Shown: one piece after another, positions 49,577 through 62,583 of the stretch
Layout: each line of letters begins with the position of its first letter
How positions within the stretch are numbered: the stretch's first letter is position 1
Origin: Callorhinchus milii
Lineage: Eukaryota
Assembly (NCBI RefSeq): GCF_018977255.1
Contig: NW_024704743.1
Span: 86,120,001-86,184,000 of the forward strand
DNA: 64,000 nt
Direction of reading: 5' to 3'
Notes under the pieces: generated by a model
What the model was told of the DNA's origin: nothing
The model's database searches: none
What the model saw: only the letters and a program-made list of their open reading frames with translations
Made by a program: the position numbers and the translations under genes

Positions 49577-50607
49577 TAATAATAATAATCCTTGCATTTG
49601 ATATAGCGCTTTTCACATCGGGAGGACGTCCCAAAGCGCTTCACAGAACACACTGTAAAGTGAATTGACTGTATATTTGTGGGCGAACGCGGCAGCCAAT
49701 TGCGCACAGCAATGTCCACAAACAGTCGTAGATCGAAAATGTACTGAAAATGAAAATATTTCTCTTATTTGTTTCTGAAACTGGTAGACTGAGCAGATTA
49801 TAAATGGGCTTGATATTTCAAGTTGCCAATTCAGTCAATAAAGCACATGTTTCTTTTTAAATAAAAGCGCAGATTCTGCATGCTCATTAAACATATTTCC
49901 TCCGCCATGTGTTTCAAAGGCACTTGATCATCCTGGGTCAGTCAGTATAATAGTCCAAACATAATAATAATAATCCTTGCATTTGATACAACACTTTTCA
50001 TGTCAGGAGGACATCCCAAAGCGCTTCACAGAACACACTGTATAGTGAATTGACTGTATATTTGTGGGCGAACGCGGCAGCCAATTGTGCACAGCAATGT
50101 CCCACAAACAGTCGTAGATTGAAAATGACCAATTTATTATTGTTTTTGGTTTTGGAGGGATTATTATTAGGCGTGTGGAGTAAGGAAACTTGCCCAAGGT
50201 TTCGCCCTGCCTGGAATTGAACTCAGGTCTCTCACTTGTAAAGCGAGTGCTCTAACCACTGAGCTACAGGACTCCACGATTTATTATTATAATAATAATA
50301 AAATAATCCTTGCATTTGATATAGCGCTTTTCATGTCTTATCGACGTCTTAAAGCACTTCACAGAATAGACTGTAAAGTGAATTGACCGTATATTTGTGG
50401 GCGAAATGCGGCAGCCAATTGCGTACAGCAGTGTCCCACAAACAGTCACGGATTGAAAATGACCAATTTATTATTGTTTTTTTTTGAGGGATTATTATCA
50501 GGCGTGTGGAGTAAGGAAACTTGCCCAAGGTTTCACCCTGCCTGGAATTGAACCCAAGTGTCTCGCTTGCAAGGCTAGTGCTCTAACCACTGAGCTACAG
50601 GACTCCA
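49577..50607 (-). mobile_element. Cluster of three family A SINEs (49577-49740 partial, 49963-50275, 50290-50607)
   Basis: Each begins aataatccttgcatttgata; the last two end accactgagctacaggactcc. Confidence 0.92.
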
Positions 50608-50631
50608 CATACAAACAGACACAAACAGTGT

Positions 50632-51540
50632 TTAGCTGGAGCCCTCTGAGCAGAGGGAGAGAGCAGGATGGTAGGGGGTTAGGAGGTTGCAGAGGTAGGG
50701 GGGAGCAAAACCATGGAGGGCTTTGAAGGTGAGGATCAAGCTCTTGAACTGTATCCTCTGTGTGTTGGGAAGCCAATAGAGTTGGATAACGATGAGGGTA
50801 ATAGGGTCATGGAGCCTGGTGCGGGAGAGGACACGGGCTGCAGAGTTCTGGGTGATCTGCAGCCTTTGGAGGGAGGAGTTGGGTAGGCCAACAAAACAAA
50901 GAGTGAGCATAGTCAAGCCTTGATGTAATGAAAGCATGTATGAGGTTTTGGCGGCCTGTGGTGTGAGACAGTGGTGGAGCCGGGCGATGTTGCGGAGGTG
51001 GGGGAAGGCAGAGTGGGTCATGGCACAGATGTGGGGTAGAAAGAATAGTTGAGGGTCAAACAAGACCCCAAGGTTCCGGACTGGCTTAGCAAGATGGAGT
51101 ATGCAACCATGGATGGTGATCCTGTCAGCGCCTGAAGTGAGGAAGCACTGATGGGAGCCAATCAAGAGACCCTCGGTCTTGTTGACTTTGAAGAAAGTTA
51201 GCTCTTATCTAGGAATTGATGTCCGACAGACATTCTGTCAGGACAACAGTGGTCCTGGAGTCAAGGGTGGAGGCAGAGAGGTATAGTTGGGTGTTATCCG
51301 CATACATGGGGAAGTTGACCTCATGTCTGTGGCTGATGTCACCAAGAGGGAGCATATAGAAGAGGAGGGGACCAAGGACAGAGCCGTGAGGAATGCCTCA
51401 TGAGACTGTGCGAGGGCTGGAGGAAAAAGCATTTGTGGAGATGAAGTGGAGGCAGTGTGAGAGGTACAATCTGAACCAGTCAAGGACAGAGGCATGAAGG
51501 TTGAGGTGAGAGGATAGGGTGGTCAACCATGTTGAAGACA
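50632..51540 (-). mobile_element. L2 LINE fragment (RT)
   Basis: ORF 50632..51165 (VRNLGVLFDPQL...LQITQNSAARVL) and MYADNTQLY remnant at ~51300. Confidence 0.9.
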
Positions 51541-51559
51541 AGCATGGATTTGAGTCCTC

Positions 51560-52430
51560 ACTAGGTAGATGGCAGGTACAAGGGACTCCCTTTGAGCTTC
51601 TTGGTGGGCAATACAGCTCAGCATGAAATGGGTGAGAGCATTGCTACCTTCTTCCTGTCCGCTGCTCGGGCAAACATCCCTTCCCAATTAGTGCTGGCTC
51701 CACCAGTTGGAGGTGCGGAGTTTAGCAGCAGCTGCTTGTCTCTCTGTAGGTGGATTCCAGATACCGGATGTACGAACGCACATTCATGAACTCGGTCTCC
51801 AGGTAACGCCTTCCAGCAGCTCTCGTCCCAAGCCTCAGAGTTTCCTCATCAGCTATCTGGTGGACATCAGCCTTCAGCATGGTGGGAGGACCTTTATAGG
51901 ATAGCTTGTGACTTGCCATCCACCTTGATGTTCTTGAGGTTCAAGTCCAATGCCCCATAACAAGGTTACTCAGTACCAGCTGCTCAATCCAGGTCCTCAC
52001 GCGAGGGGCCTTGGCAAATAGACGTACCCATTGTGAAGCCGCCTCTGCCTCCAGAGTGCTTAGTTACAGGTCAGTGTAGGCCAGAGCCCTCCTTCCCTGC
52101 AGCCGCTTCCCGTGTTTGCCACAAATCCGCCTCACTGTGTGATCCTAGACTTTGCAGATGGGTCAGAGGAAGCCGCTCAGCTGCATCCTCAGGAGCTCAG
52201 ATCCATAAAGGAGGGCTGTTTGACACAGGTCTTGTATGGCACAAGCTTGACCTGCATTGGGACCTTGCTGTCCAGGAAGAGGGAAGGAATAGCGAGACCA
52301 TCATGCCTTTCACTTCTTCTCAGCGCAATCCTTCAGGACAGTGCTCAGGCTGAAGTTTGTGTCCACCACAAACCAGAGATACTGATAAGAACTGAGAAGT
52401 TTGCCTGGTGATGTTGAAACCAACCCATTT
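51560..52430 (-). mobile_element. Strongly decayed non-LTR retrotransposon RT C-terminus, unlike the L2/CR1 copies (RTE-like?)
   Basis: Manual minus-strand translation across frameshifts gives SYQYLWFVVDTNFSL (YLG-motif-like), then VKLVPYKTCVK / TALLYGSEL; left boundary uncertain. Confidence 0.6.
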
Positions 52431-52944
52431 ATCTCAGTGTTGATACTGAATAACAAGGAAGTGCCAGTTGACACCTTTTGTAAGATCACAAAGACACACC
52501 TAGAGCAGAATCACCTACAATCCCAGGAGAAAGAAACCCACGAATGAATACATGGACGCTAAAGGAAGTTGCACACCCTCAGTTATCCGGGTTTAAGGAG
52601 AATTTAAACAGCCTAATTTAAGTAAGGCTGGAATTTGCTTTCATGCTGGTGAGGTTGATAATGCAAGATGTTTCATCCAGCACCGGCTGAAACGGCCAGA
52701 GACTTAGGGGAACGGGATGATTACAACTATAAAGGAAATTACAAAGTTCTAAAAGTGAATCAGGGAGTTGGTGTAGTCAAGCCTAAATGCAATAAATGCA
52801 AAATCAATGCAGAGGGACTGACTCCAGCTAGTCTGTTAATGTTTGTGGGACATTGAGGTGTGCAAATTGGCTGCCGCATTTGCCTGAAAAGCTTCTCTGA
52901 CCCAACCCTTTGGAGCTCCTTAAAGAAATTCCCTTCGTCTTGCT

Positions 52945-53175
52945 CATTCCCACATTCCCTTCGTCTTGCTCCCTTCCTTGCCTCCTACAAAGTACATCTC
53001 AAGACCCTCCTGTTCGACCACGCATTCGGTAACCCTCCTACCCCTACCCTCCTTGCTCTCCACCACTCCTGATCCCAAACACCTACTCGGGTCCAAATCC
53101 CTGACTGTCCAGCACCTCGGAACATCCTCCCAATTTTGAAAGGAGCTTTGCAAATGTAATTTGTTGTCATTGTTG
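52945..53175 (+). mobile_element. L2 3' tail
   Basis: catctcaagaccctcctgttcgacc...aaatgtaatttgttg. Confidence 0.8.
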
Positions 53176-53287
53176 TTACATCCATGTCTATCTCTCTATC
53201 TTCTGTTTCTGGTCAGCTCCTCATATTTGAGAAGGTAGGATAAAAATTGTGAGATTTCATAGCAAATTTGATGACATATTGCACTGT

Positions 53288-53730
53288 AGAATCATAGAAT
53301 TGTACAGCACAAAAAGAGGCCATTCGGCCCATCGAGTCTTTTCCGGCTCTTTGACTAGAGCAATTAATGTCAATCCCACTCCCCAGCCCTTTCCCCATAA
53401 CCCTGCAAATCCATCCTCCTCAAATACCCATCCACCGCGTTTTTAAAAGTAGTTATCGAATTGGTCTCGACCAACTTTTCAGGCAATGTGTTCCAGATTC
53501 GAACAACTCGCTGCATGAAAAAATTTCTCCTCACCTCCCCTCTGCTTCTTTTAAAGACTGTTTTGAATCTGTGACCTCGAGTCACCGACACACCCACCAG
53601 TGGAAACAGTTTTTCCCTTTCTAACCTATCAAATCCCCTCATGATTTTGAAGACCTCTATTAGGTCTCCTCGTATCCTTCTCTACTCCAATGAGAATAAT
53701 CCCAGCCTCTCTAGCCTTTCCTCATAATCA
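53288..53730 (-). mobile_element. CR1 3' fragment, same subfamily as 10571 and 42170
   Basis: ORF 53370..53642 (REKLFPLVGVSVTRGHRFK); tail agaatcatagaat. Confidence 0.93.
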
Positions 53731-54004
53731 ATTAATATTTATCAATTCTGTTACAAAGTGTCACATTTGCCTTATTTATGTTGCAAGACTAGATCAGGTG
53801 GAGTTTGACTGAAAATATTTAACATAGTCCAGACAGATATGAATGGTGTGTTGTCCTTTCTGGAATAAGAAATTTGAATTTTCTTCTATAAAATAATAAA
53901 TCATCATCCAGGAGATATTGGAGCCCAAATATATTTTAAACATCTTAAAGGGCCATTTTTTTTCACAAGCAAAGACTATAATAACAATCCAAAAGGAGAG
54001 ATTT

Positions 54005-54385
54005 GTCAGCCTGCCTTGATTGGTAGCACTCTTGTCTCTGAATCGGGAGATTGTGGGTTCAAACCCCATGTTAGAACTTTGAACTTGCAGTCTAGGCTGG
54101 CACTCCAATGCAACAACAGCAACAAAATTATATTTGTATAGCACTTTTAATGTCGGGAGGACATCCCAAGGCAATGAGGTATTTGAAGTTCCATCCTTTG
54201 GATAAGACATTAATTAACCTGAGATCCCATCCTGCTTGGGTAGACGTAAAAGATCCCACGGCACTGCTTGTAAAGAGAGATGAATTTCTCCCGGTTTCCT
54301 GACTAACATTCCTCAAAACAAAACACTTTGAGACATTTTATCATGATAGATACTCTTATCAAATGCAAATGCAAACATTATTATT
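54005..54385 (+). mobile_element. Family B SINE containing a short antisense L2 tail (~54110-54175)
   Basis: gtcagcc..ttggtagcactc..tctgaatc..gtgggttcaaacccca head; internal (aac)n..tttgtatagc..gggaggacatcccaagg. Confidence 0.7.
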
Positions 54386-55489
54386 GTCAGGCAGTGGCAC
54401 TATATTGCTTACAGCACTAAATCCACGGCCACTCACTATAATCCTTATATATTTTGTATCATTGATACATTATGATCCCAGCCACTCTGCACACTGCTAC
54501 TTAACTCTTTTTAATCTCATGAATATTTCTGCATTGATTTTCTCCACTCCCTCCTCTCTTGAAGGTATTGGCCTCATTTCCCTTCTGCTGTCCTGTGATT
54601 CCACAGGTGCCAATTAGCCTCCAATACTTTGTGTAAGTGGCTATTATTCTCACGGAGCAAATATACACTGCATCCTAGGCCCAGGGAAAGCATTTTATGT
54701 GTAAGTGGTATAAATATGTGGAATTCTTCATCTGGTTTCGATGTACTTAAGCATGCTGATGGGTTTCCAATTGTGTCAGACACCCAGCTGACCAAAACAT
54801 TATTCATGCAAGGCTTCACAGAATACACATTAGCCTGGTAACGATATATTCTTCCCTAATCTAAACAGCCATTTCTCTCTAGGTCTACAGACCTGGGCAC
54901 ACTTATCAGATGGCCTCTCCCTTTCTCTACATTTCACAAAATCTTGGGTGTATGTATGCAGCGCTCCTTGGGTGTATCCAACACTCTCCTCGTCAGTCTC
55001 CCTCCCTCCACTATTCACACAATTCAGCTCATTCAAAACTCCTCACCCGCATTCTCACCCGCACCAAACTTTGTATCCCGATTGCTCCAGTCCTTGCCTC
55101 ACCGGTGTGGAGGGCGCTATAATAATGCAAGTTGTTGTTGTATCATGCACTGTAGAAATGCAAGTTATTGTTAATGAGTGTAGTCAAAACTTCACTCAAC
55201 TGTGGGAGATGGCTATGGGTAGTCTTACTGAAATGGTAATTGTTTTTCTCAAATTGCTGCATTCCTAAACCTGCAGTTTAGAGCCACCGGCTGCTATTTC
55301 AACTCTAATACATTTTAACCTGTGCTAGACATTCCAATAGGTTGTGTAGTGAAGAGCAGAACTTTTCACTACTTTCATCACCTTATATCAGCTTTCAAGT
55401 ACTAAGTTTTGCATAACATTGCAAGATGCAAAGTGAAGCTCTCTCCACTGAGCCCCAAATTCAGCTTTAGAAAATAATCCGAATAATAT

Positions 55490-55840
55490 TAATAATCCTT
55501 GCATTTGATATTGCACCTTATCACATTTTCGAGACGTGTCAAAGCCCTTCAAAGTGAATTGACTGCATATTTTGTAGGCGAAACGCGGCAGCCAATTGTG
55601 CACAGCAGTGTCCCACAAACAGTCATGGATTGAAGTGAACAATTTATTATTTTTTTGAAGGAATTATTACCCCCGGAAAAGCGATCCGCCAATCAACTAA
55701 CAACCGGGTTCCTAATTACTGCGAGGTAAGCAGAGGCGTGTGGAGTAAGAAAACTTGCCCAACATTTCGCCCTTACGGGAATCAAACGCATGTTTCTCAC
55801 TTGCGAGGCAAGAGCTCTAACCACTGAGCTACAGGACTGC
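55490..55840 (-). mobile_element. Family A SINE, long variant
   Basis: rc tail aataatccttgcatttgata; extra segment ccccggaaaagcgatccgccaatcaactaac; head accactgagctacaggact. Confidence 0.9.
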
Positions 55841-56549
55841 ACACAGTAATAACCTCCTACAGCACCAATCTTCAGGCTATCATTTCCCACACTAAATAGC
55901 CTGACAATCTCTTGGATTGAGACTGCCCATGTTGTGTTGAATTATGTAGTTAATAGAATGATTCAGTACAGAAACAGCCACTCAACCCAACTTTTATGTG
56001 CAGGTCTACTCCACACAAGCCCTCACCTCTCCTGCTCCCCTCAAGCAAACTCCACCAATTCCCTTGTGCCTTTTCAGAATAAGAGAATGCCAGTCTCAGT
56101 TCACATAAAAGCATCGTATCCAACAGAGAAGGGACATCAGAACTCAGAATAGTTTTCAAACTATGATACCCAGTCTTCTACTATGCACACCAATTCTACC
56201 ATTATACAACGGATTAGAGGTATGTTTGTATGCAATATTGTTCAGCAATATAAATAAACTCATTTAATATCTTTATTCCTTAACTGCATTATGCATATAA
56301 AGGTTCATAGAAATAAGTAATATGAACCTAATTAGCTGGGAGAAGAGAAGCTCTGAAACATAAGGATTAAATTGCGGTATTTTGTTTACATCAGCATCAG
56401 TTAAAAAAAATAAGAACAGCTATTCCTTTGCTTTTCTAATCAAGCTTTAGAATATTATAAAAGGTGAGTAATCATTACTTGTTCATCACAGTGTCCCTGA
56501 ACAATCACAGAGCTATTTGATATTTTTTAACCAATTAAAAATAATAAAA

Positions 56550-56795
56550 TAAATAATCCTTGCATTTCATATTGTTTTGGGAGGACGTCTCAAAGCACTT
56601 CACCGGATTTACTGTAAAGTGTAGTGACTGTATTTTGTAGAGGAACACAGCAGCCAATTTGCACGAAGGAATGTCTGACACAAACAGCCAGAAGATAAAT
56701 GACCAATTTTATCTGGAGAATTGTTGGACACAAAACTGGGAGAAATTCCCTTCTCTTTTCAAGTAGCCATTGGGGTTTTTAATGTCCACCTGAAC
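56550..56795 (-). mobile_element. Deu-type SINE 3' part
   Basis: aataatccttgcatt...cagccaattt...gaccaatttt. Confidence 0.75.
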
Positions 56796-57544
56796 ATGCT
56801 GTTCTGTCTGTGATAAGTTGTTTTAGGCTTAAATACAACAGAACAGCAAGCTGTCTGGTTTTGTTTCATGTGCAGATACAACATATGCTTTATGTACAGC
56901 TTCTCACTCCACTACCTCAACTATAAGCAGTCTCCCACACATACCCGTCAAAAAAACTGTTGTGATTCATATTTTATCAAGGAAATGGGATTATATTTCT
57001 GTTTTCCAAGTATAACATTACTCCCCTTGTGATGGATAACATACCAAGCCACTGAAATATACTCATTCCTTTGCAATATTTGATCTTAATCCACAGTTTT
57101 CCCTTACTATGTATATGAAATGTTTTGACATTAATTCTTCAAAGGGCTGAGTACAAATGTGGTTACAGAAGTATATATGTAGGATATCCATCTTTTTATT
57201 AAGATTGTTTGACTGAACCTTGGACATGTTGTATTTTGTATCACAATATGAGAGCATATATTTTATGTGGATAGCATCAGATGAAGGGTAAACTTTGTGG
57301 TAGTCTCTCAAATTGTTGATTATCCCTGCCTACAACCATCCTCCTGTTGCTCAGTCAAACAATCCATCCCTCCAGAAAATTAGGTGAATTTGGATTTAGA
57401 TGAAAAATATTTTGGAATGTTTGTGCCTGTGAATAATAATACCTTTAACATGGAAAATCTGGATCNTTTTATAACAAAAAGAAGTGTAATTTCATCTCAC
57501 AATAAAATAATTACTTTCTTGAGCCTTTGAGTAATATTCAGGTT

Positions 57545-58010
57545 TCAGCTTGACTCAGTTAGTAGCATTTTCACCTCTGAGTTAGAGGGTTGTGGGTTCA
57601 AACCCCACATCTGGATTTTGAACTCGCAGAGTAGGTTGACAATCCAATACAGTGCTAAAGCAATGACGTTCGAGGATGGAGACAATCGTTGGAGGTGCTG
57701 TGCTGGCTTTGGATGAGGCATTAAATCGAAGGTCCTGTCTGCTGGTTCAGGTGAACATGTGAACATGTGAACATTAAAGATCCTATGGCACTATTTGAAA
57801 AGAAAAGGGTGTTTCTCTCAATGTCAATAATGAGAATAATGGTGCAGATAAAATGGATCATTCTCTTCATAGCTGTTTGTGGGACATTGCTGTGTATGCA
57901 TTGGCTCCTGCATTGGCCAATAAAATACACAGTCACGACACTTTCCGATAAACCTTGTTAAGTGCTTTGAGACATCCTCCCAACATGAAAGGTGCACAAG
58001 GATTGTTATT
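57545..58010 (+). mobile_element. Family B SINE, near full length
   Basis: tcagcttgactcagttagtagc...gtgggttcaaaccccac head, Deu-type body, gacatcctcccaacatgaaagg tail. Confidence 0.8.
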
Positions 58011-58341
58011 GATTACTATTACTTTGAATTTGTTTTAATCTATTTTGGAAATGTAATGGTAGTTAATTTCAAAGATTACTGAATTCACAAGTATGTAAAT
58101 AGAACAATAATTAGTCCTTCCATTTGTTAAAGGACCTTTGACAGAATATCAAAACGTCTCAAAGAGCAAAACAGACTATTCAGTAGAGTGAAGACTTTAT
58201 ATTTGTGAAGAAATGCCACAGCAAATCTGGGCACAGCAATGTCCCACAAATGGCCATAAAGTAAATGATTAATTTTATTCGGAGGATTGTTGGACATCCA
58301 AATATCTTAGGTTACATTGGATACAATTTTATTACGCCACT

Positions 58342-58707
58342 TAATAATAATAATCCTTGCATTTGATATAGCGCATTATCATGTCTTTGAGATGTCTCAA
58401 AGCTTTATAGAATATACTGTAAAGGGAATTGACTGTATATTTTGTGCATGAAACTCAGCAGCCAATTGCGCACAGCAGTGTCCCACAAACAGTCATAGAT
58501 TGAGCAACCAAATTTTTTTTGTTTGTTTTTGAAGGGATTATTACCCCCGGAAAAGCAATCCACCAATTGACTAACACTCGGGTTCCCACTTACTGCTGGC
58601 TAAACAGAGGCGTGTGGATTAAGGAAACTTTTGCCCCGCCCGGGAATCAAACCCAGGTCCTCTTGCTTGTGAGGTGAGTGCTCTAACCACTGAGCTACAG
58701 GACTCCA
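58342..58707 (-). mobile_element. Family A SINE, long variant
   Basis: Same architecture as 55490-55840. Confidence 0.9.
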
Positions 58708-59184
58708 CGGATGATGAAATGAGAAGCTGTACAAGGCTGCAGGCGATCTGTCTGTCAGCATTTCACAAATACACATCTAAAGTCTGTAATATCATCTGAT
58801 GGCAGAGGGGACAGTTATGCTGGTAGACAGGCTGCTGGAGAAGGATATCGGTGCAGCCTTGACACACACACAGGTGTCGGCAGGGTAGCAACTTGTACTT
58901 TTTAAGCTTTATTTTTAAAAATCACCTTTTAAATAATAACTAATGGAACCGAACACGTTTCTGCATGCAAGGGCTCTAAATTGTTTTTAAGAAATGAATC
59001 CAATCAGAGTTCGCCTGATGGTTTCGTGCATAAAGGCATCTCCGGTGCTACAGGTTATACAAAAAGTTACAAGTTTGAATCCGAGTGTGTTTTGTGTTAG
59101 ATGATTTTAGGTGAGGAAGTGGTAAGTACAATTGCAATTGGTCTCAGTTCCTGTGTATTAGAGAGAGGGAAATAGCCGAATGTA

Positions 59185-59578
59185 CTCGGCTTCAAGATCC
59201 TCACACTCGTGTTCAAATCCATTCACTCCCTGGTACCTCCCTATCTCTCCCACCTCCTTACTCCCCAATCCACCACCCAGCACCTCCGCTCGACTGGCAC
59301 CAGCCTCCTGCTCATCCCTCGCACCCTCCGCCCCACCATCGGAGGTCGCGCTTTCAGCCACTGCACCCCAAAACTCTGGAACGCACTCCTGCAGTGAATC
59401 CACCTTGTCCCCTCTCTCCCCTGTTTCAAGTCCCACCTAAAAACCTTCCTCTTCGACTATGCTTATGGCCCACGTCCCCCCTCCCCCTGGCTTGCAGTCA
59501 GGTCCGCCATTGTTAAGCGCTTTGAGGCGCTACCCTATGTGGAGGGCGCTATATAAGTGCAAGTTGTTGTTGTTGTTG
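59185..59578 (+). mobile_element. L2 subfamily-2 3' fragment, apparently inside an ancient SINE
   Basis: FKSIHSLVPPYL...GGRAFS..PKLWN; tail gggcgctatataagtgcaag(ttg)n. Confidence 0.85.
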
Positions 59579-59792
59579 ACACCTGATCACTCTCCAGACT
59601 GGAAGATGCATGTGTATTGATACTGAGTGAAGATAGATTGATTCAACTGAATAGCTTGCTAGAGCACACTGTCAAAGCTCACACACGAATAATGGTCACT
59701 TGAGCCGGGTATTGCCCATACCCCAGTAAAAGGGAAAAGGAGACAGGTGCATTCAGGAAAACACTGGAGGAGAAAAGTTAAGGGTTAAAAAT

Positions 59793-60070
59793 CAACAAAT
59801 TTATATTGTCATTTTTAGGTCGGAAGAATGTCACAAGGCGCTGGACTGTGAAGGGTTTGCATCAAAATTGGAGGTTGGAATCAGGAGGGGTGAAGGACAA
59901 GGGGTTTGGGGGGTGGGAAGATAACTGAAGGCACAGTTGAAGAGGATGGTCTTGAGATGGGTATTGAAGGAGGTAAGGGAGGGGTGAGGTGAACGGGCTC
60001 TGGGATGGAGTTTCAGAGGTTAAGGACAGAAAGACGGAAGGATTGCCAATGGTGGAGTGGGCAGTGCACG
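59793..60070 (-). mobile_element. L2 3' tail
   Basis: caacaaattt...aaggcgctggac...ggtcttgagatgg. Confidence 0.7.
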
Positions 60071-61309
60071 TGAGACGTCAAAAAGAATGAGTTGGAATAA
60101 TTATCCAAGAAGGGATACTGTTTGCTTTAAGTACAATGTACTGCAAATTAGATCCAGTAAGGCTATCTGAGAGAAAGTTTTACAGGCAGGAGGTGCACTG
60201 TAATTCTATGTGGGTGAAGAATGGTATGCACTCACACAATGGATATCCATTCTTTTAAATGCTCTGCCATTTCTAATGAAGTATTGCTTTAGTAGACCAC
60301 CTGGTCAGTTTCATATAAAATAAGCTATCTGGCATTCTCTGCATAGTTGAGCAAATTTCTCAGTAGGTTTGTCAGTATGTGGGTGTTACAGACATAAACG
60401 CTGAAACATTTATAAATTATTGCATTAATTAGATAGGATAACCGGGTACCTTTTGTAGATTTTAAGACGTGTCTCTAAAAGGATTGGAGTTCCATAACTT
60501 AATATAGTGGTGTTCATGTCTTATCTTTTTGTGGATTTAGGGGGTAAATCACGATGAATGAAAGAGAAACCAGTGAGGAAGTGGTACTCGTCATACATTG
60601 CATACAAGCAGACAATTTAAGAAAAGAACCATATCTAATCACGCGAATAACATTGTGTTTGGATTTTGGCACCAGCCAATGTCTGCAGTGTCTAAACACT
60701 GCTTGTGCTGTGGAACTCACTTCTAAAACCACTGAGAAACCTATGTGTGTGAGTAGACCCATGGGAAAGAACATAATTGGTGCAAAAAAAAATAATTTTG
60801 GGAATTAAAGCAGTCTCAATACTGAGTAAGAGGGACAATTTCTCAAAAGATTTTTTTACACACAAAGAATTGTTGGGATGTAGAATTCTCTACGTGGAAC
60901 TGTAGTTGAGGCAGGATTAGCTTTTGAGAGGGAATTGCAATAATAATTATTCCTTGCATTCGATTAAGTGTCTTAGTATGTTGTTTATACATCTCAAAGA
61001 ACATAACAAGATTTTACTGTAAAGTGTAATGACTGTATATTTGTAGGTAAATATGGCAGCCAATTTGTGCACAGAAATGTCCCACAAACAGTCATGAAGT
61101 GAATGAATATAACAATGTGTTGTTTATTCCAATTCATGTGCAATCTCATTCATTCCTGACATCCAAAGTGGTACCTAAAGAGAAAAGGAATGAGTAAAAT
61201 GAGTATGTCTTTGACTTTACTTTCTGCAAACTTTATTTAAATGTGCAGGGGGCCAGTCCTGACCCATAGAGAAAATAACTCATCTACCTACAATTGACAA
61301 TAATGAATA

Positions 61310-61617
61310 AAATAATAATCATTGCATTTGATATAGTGCTTTTCACGTCTTCTAGACATCTCAAAGCGCTTCACAGAATATACTGTAAAGTGAATTGACT
61401 GTATATTTGTGGGTGAAACGCGGCAATTGCGCACAGCAGTGTCCCACAAACAATTGTGGAATGAAGTGACTAATTTATTATTGTTTTGTTTTCTTGAGGG
61501 ATTATTATTATGTGTGTGGAGTAAAGAATCTTGCCCAGGGTTTTGCCCTGCTGGGAATCAAACCCAGGTTGCTCACTTGCTGGGCGAGTGCTCTAACCAC
61601 TGAGCTACAGGACTCCA
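61310..61617 (-). mobile_element. Family A SINE, short variant
   Basis: rc of the 20166 element. Confidence 0.9.
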
Positions 61618-61674
61618 CACTTCTACACTTCCCTCAATTGTACACTTCCCTTCCCTCATAGATACATTCATAAT

Positions 61675-62240
61675 ATCGAGGTTTGACTGTGCAAACTCCT
61701 TGCTTGTCAGCCTCCCCAACTCCTCCCTCCAAAGGCTGCAGAACTCTGCAGCCCGGGTCCTCTCTCACACCCTATCACTCCCATCCTTGCCCAACTCCAC
61801 TGACTTCCCATCACACGGAGGATACAGTTCAAGATTCTGGTTCTCTCCTTCAAAGCTTCCATAGCCTTACTCCATCCTACCTCTGCGACCTCCTAATCCC
61901 TTCCCATCCTGCCTGCTCTCTCCACTCAGTGGGCTGCAGCCTGCTTCACGTCCCCTGCCTCGCCCGCCCCACCATTGGTGGGCGTTCCTTCTGCCAATCT
62001 GCCCTATCCTCTGACTCCATCCCGCATTCCCTCCACCTCGACCCCTTCCTAGTCTCCTTCAAGACCCATCTCAAGACCCTCCTCTTCGATCGTGCTTTTG
62101 ATCACCCTGCTTCCCCCCAGGCCTACACCCTCCCCAATCCCGATACCCAGCTCGGGTCTGTAACACTGACGGTTCAGCGCCTTGGGACGTTCTCTCAATG
62201 TGCAAGGTGCTATGCAAATGTAATTTTGTTGTTGTTGTTG
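61675..62240 (+). mobile_element. L2 3' fragment
   Basis: PSYLCDLL...RPTIGGRSF...FKTHLKTLLFDRAF; tail aaatgtaattttgttgttg. Confidence 0.88.
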
Positions 62241-62299
62241 TAGTAAATCCTCCTGAAGTGAATGAAGCGTTTTCAGACATAATCCCTTAAAGAAAACTT

Positions 62300-62583
62300 A
62301 ACACACGCCTCTGTTTACCTAGCAGTAAGGAGGAACCCGGTTGTTAGTTGATTGGCGGATCACTTTCCGGGGGGTAATAATCTCTTCAAATTTAAAAAAA
62401 TTATGTTGTTACTCAATCCACAACTGTTTGTGGGACACTGTTGTGCATAATTGACTGTTGGTTTCGCCCACAAAACACACACTTGACAGTCCACTTGACA
62501 GTATAGCTTGTGAAACGCTTTGAGACGTTTCGACAACGTGATAAAGCGCTATATCAAATGCAAGGATTATTATTATTATTATT
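62300..62583 (+). mobile_element. Family A SINE, long variant, 5'-truncated
   Basis: acacgcctctgtttacctagcagtaa...gttgattggcggatc...aaatgcaagg(att)n. Confidence 0.85.
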
